Below, piece after piece: positions 14,530 through 15,992 of a stretch of DNA of 15,992 bases. This stretch comes from Candidatus Hodarchaeaceae archaeon (lineage in GTDB: Archaea; Hadarchaeota; Hadarchaeia; Hadarchaeales; Hadarchaeaceae). The notes below the pieces were generated by a model that searched no databases, had not been told where the DNA came from, and saw nothing but the letters and a program-made list of their open reading frames with translations. A program made the position numbers and the translations under genes. Each line of letters opens with the position of its first letter. Positions within the stretch are counted from its first letter, which is position 1. The stretch spans positions 1 through 15,992 of the forward strand of contig JASEGJ010000024.1 in NCBI GenBank assembly GCA_030018135.1, given 5' to 3'.

Positions 14530-15573
14530 CCCTTCGACGCGAATTCTCCCGGGCTGCCCCTCCTGTCCATCTACCTCGAACTTGACGCCGAGGATTTGCT
14601 CGACCAATGCCATGTTCGTCAAGGAGTGGGACGTGAGCTCAGCGCTCGTCACCTCTGACATGCCCTCCGCTAGGGCCATGTAGGAGATGAGCTGATCGGT
14701 GAGGTAGCGGTCGAGTGCCTTGTCCGCTCCGAGTTGATTTAATAGGCTTTCCGCAGCCTCCCGTCCAACTTGCTCCGCCGGCTTCCCTGGTCTACCTAAG
14801 CTGCTGGCCCCCAAGATCGCGCCTCCCTCGGTTTCAGCCCAAAGCGTGATTCCCGTCCCGGGGCCGAGATGGGGGTCGCGAGCTGGCTCGTACGCCTCGG
14901 TTTTAATCTCCACATTCGTGTAACCAGCCCTTAACAACGTGAGTTTCGCGGCATGAGCTTGGCGGGTGGCTATATGCTTCGGTAGCCTAACGCAGTGGGA
15001 GATGCCCCTGATGCTCACAACCTTGCCTGGCTCCGTTAGATTAAGTGCGGTGAGCTTTGATACGGGTTCGATCCTGGCGCGCACAATCCCCCCGCCCCGA
15101 GGATAATGACCTCTGCGAACCAGCTCCACTTCGCCCACGTAACCCATCTTACGCAACACTGGCAGGGTGACATTTGCCAAAAACTCGACCGAGGGGGCCA
15201 TGGGGACATCGCTGCCGCCGATGATCTCGACCTCGATTGTTTTTTCGGCGAAAGCGGCTGCTGGCATTAGCGCCTGGAGAACAAGGGTAATGCTTCCGGC
15301 GGTGCCGATATCAACGCGATATCTGCCGCCCTCCATAATGCCCGGCTCAAACGTGAGCTCCATTGAGTGATGCGCGAGGCCTTGAACCTTGGCGTTCGTG
15401 AGCTTGGCCAACGCCTCTACACCGTGCATGTGCTGAGGCTGGAGCCCGGGCTTCGGCCGCTTGGCTCGGATATTGTAGATGTGAATTGGCCTTCGGCTAA
15501 CTGCGCTCAACGCAAGCGCCGTCCGCATGATGGCGCCTCCGCCCTCCCCAATCGAACCGTCGATGTCTATCAT
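14500..15573 (-). CDS. rtcA: RNA 3'-terminal phosphate cyclase
   Basis: IDGSIGEGGG, IRAKRPKPGLQPQH, DIGTAGSITLVLQ, RRGHYPRGGG, LTDQL, and the catalytic-His region TSHSLTN. Confidence 0.96.
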   Translation of the reverse strand: MIDIDGSIGEGGGAIMRTALALSAVSRRPIHIYNIRAKRPKPGLQPQHMHGVEALAKLTNAKVQGLAHHSMELTFEPGIMEGGRYRVDIGTAGSITLVLQALMPAAAFAEKTIEVEIIGGSDVPMAPSVEFLANVTLPVLRKMGYVGEVELVRRGHYPRGGGIVRARIEPVSKLTALNLTEPGKVVSIRGISHCVRLPKHIATRQAHAAKLTLLRAGYTNVEIKTEAYEPARDPHLGPGTGITLWAETEGGAILGASSLGRPGKPAEQVGREAAESLLNQLGADKALDRYLTDQLISYMALAEGMSEVTSAELTSHSLTNMALVEQILGVKFEVDGQEGQPGRIRVEGLGLTRTQRF

Positions 15574-15613
15574 CGGCTAAAGATAGCTTTTCAAGATATA
15601 AGAAGAATCATAA

Positions 15614-15934
15614 ATGTTGGTGGCAGTCGTGCTCGAATTTCAAAGCCTTGTTTTGAAGTTTGTCTCGGCGGTACCTCGGGGCAAGGTGACCACTTACAAA
15701 GAGCTCGCTCGGACCTTAGGTAGGCCCCGCGCGTATAGGGCGGTTGGGAACGCCCTATCTAAAAATCCCCGCCCGCTCGAGATCCCGTGCCATCGCGTCG
15801 TAAGGTCCGATGGCAAAATTGGCGGGTATAAGTTCGGCAGCGAAAGGAAAGCGAAATTACTTATCGAAGAGGGCATCGAGGTCAAGGGCGGAAAGTTGGA
15901 GCTTAAAAAATACATGTTTAGGTTTAAAAAATGA
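15614..15934 (+). CDS. ogt: Methylated-DNA-protein-cysteine methyltransferase (MGMT C-terminal domain only)
   Basis: VPRGKVTTYKELA, RAVGNALSKNP, active site IPCHRVV, GGY..G..RK..LL.EEG. The start may be the GTG at 15629. Confidence 0.92.
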   Translation: MLVAVVLEFQSLVLKFVSAVPRGKVTTYKELARTLGRPRAYRAVGNALSKNPRPLEIPCHRVVRSDGKIGGYKFGSERKAKLLIEEGIEVKGGKLELKKYMFRFKK

Positions 15935-15992
15935 TGCTATAGGAGTGTGCAAAATTAAAAAGCCTTGATGGTCAAAGCTAATCTTGCGCAGG

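Noticed and set aside
5888-15934. AAG and MGMT as an alkylation-repair cluster
   Set aside because: They are 9 kb apart in separate transcription units, and I saw no shared upstream motif.
15935-15992. Possible 3' end of a minus-strand gene at the window edge
   Set aside because: There is too little sequence to support a call.

Overview
This is an archaeal chromosomal window, judged from TATA/BRE promoters, GGTGA-type RBSs, taw2, nac and a BHB-intron tRNA; the lineage cannot be determined from the sequence alone. Most genes are housekeeping: a rhomboid protease (partial), a wHTH regulator, Taw2, an RCK-DHH phosphoesterase, a thiamine-binding protein, a PUA protein, NAC, a free-standing B3/4 editing domain, an AAG glycosylase, a Nog1 GTPase, RtcA and MGMT. 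There is also a five-gene type IV pilus/T2SS-like operon without a recognisable pilin. Four things stand out. (1) A tRNA-Gly(GCC) has a 25-nt D-loop intron that can fold into a competing hairpin. (2) A ~1.1 kb integrase-less element is bounded by a direct repeat of that tRNA's 3' end and carries an HTH + nucleotidyltransferase (toxin-antitoxin-like) pair with a palindromic operator. (3) A 16-bp palindrome TGATACA-NN-TGTATCA is shared by the promoters of the wHTH gene and the PUA-nac operon. (4) Several frameshifts each look like a single lost G and may be sequencing errors.
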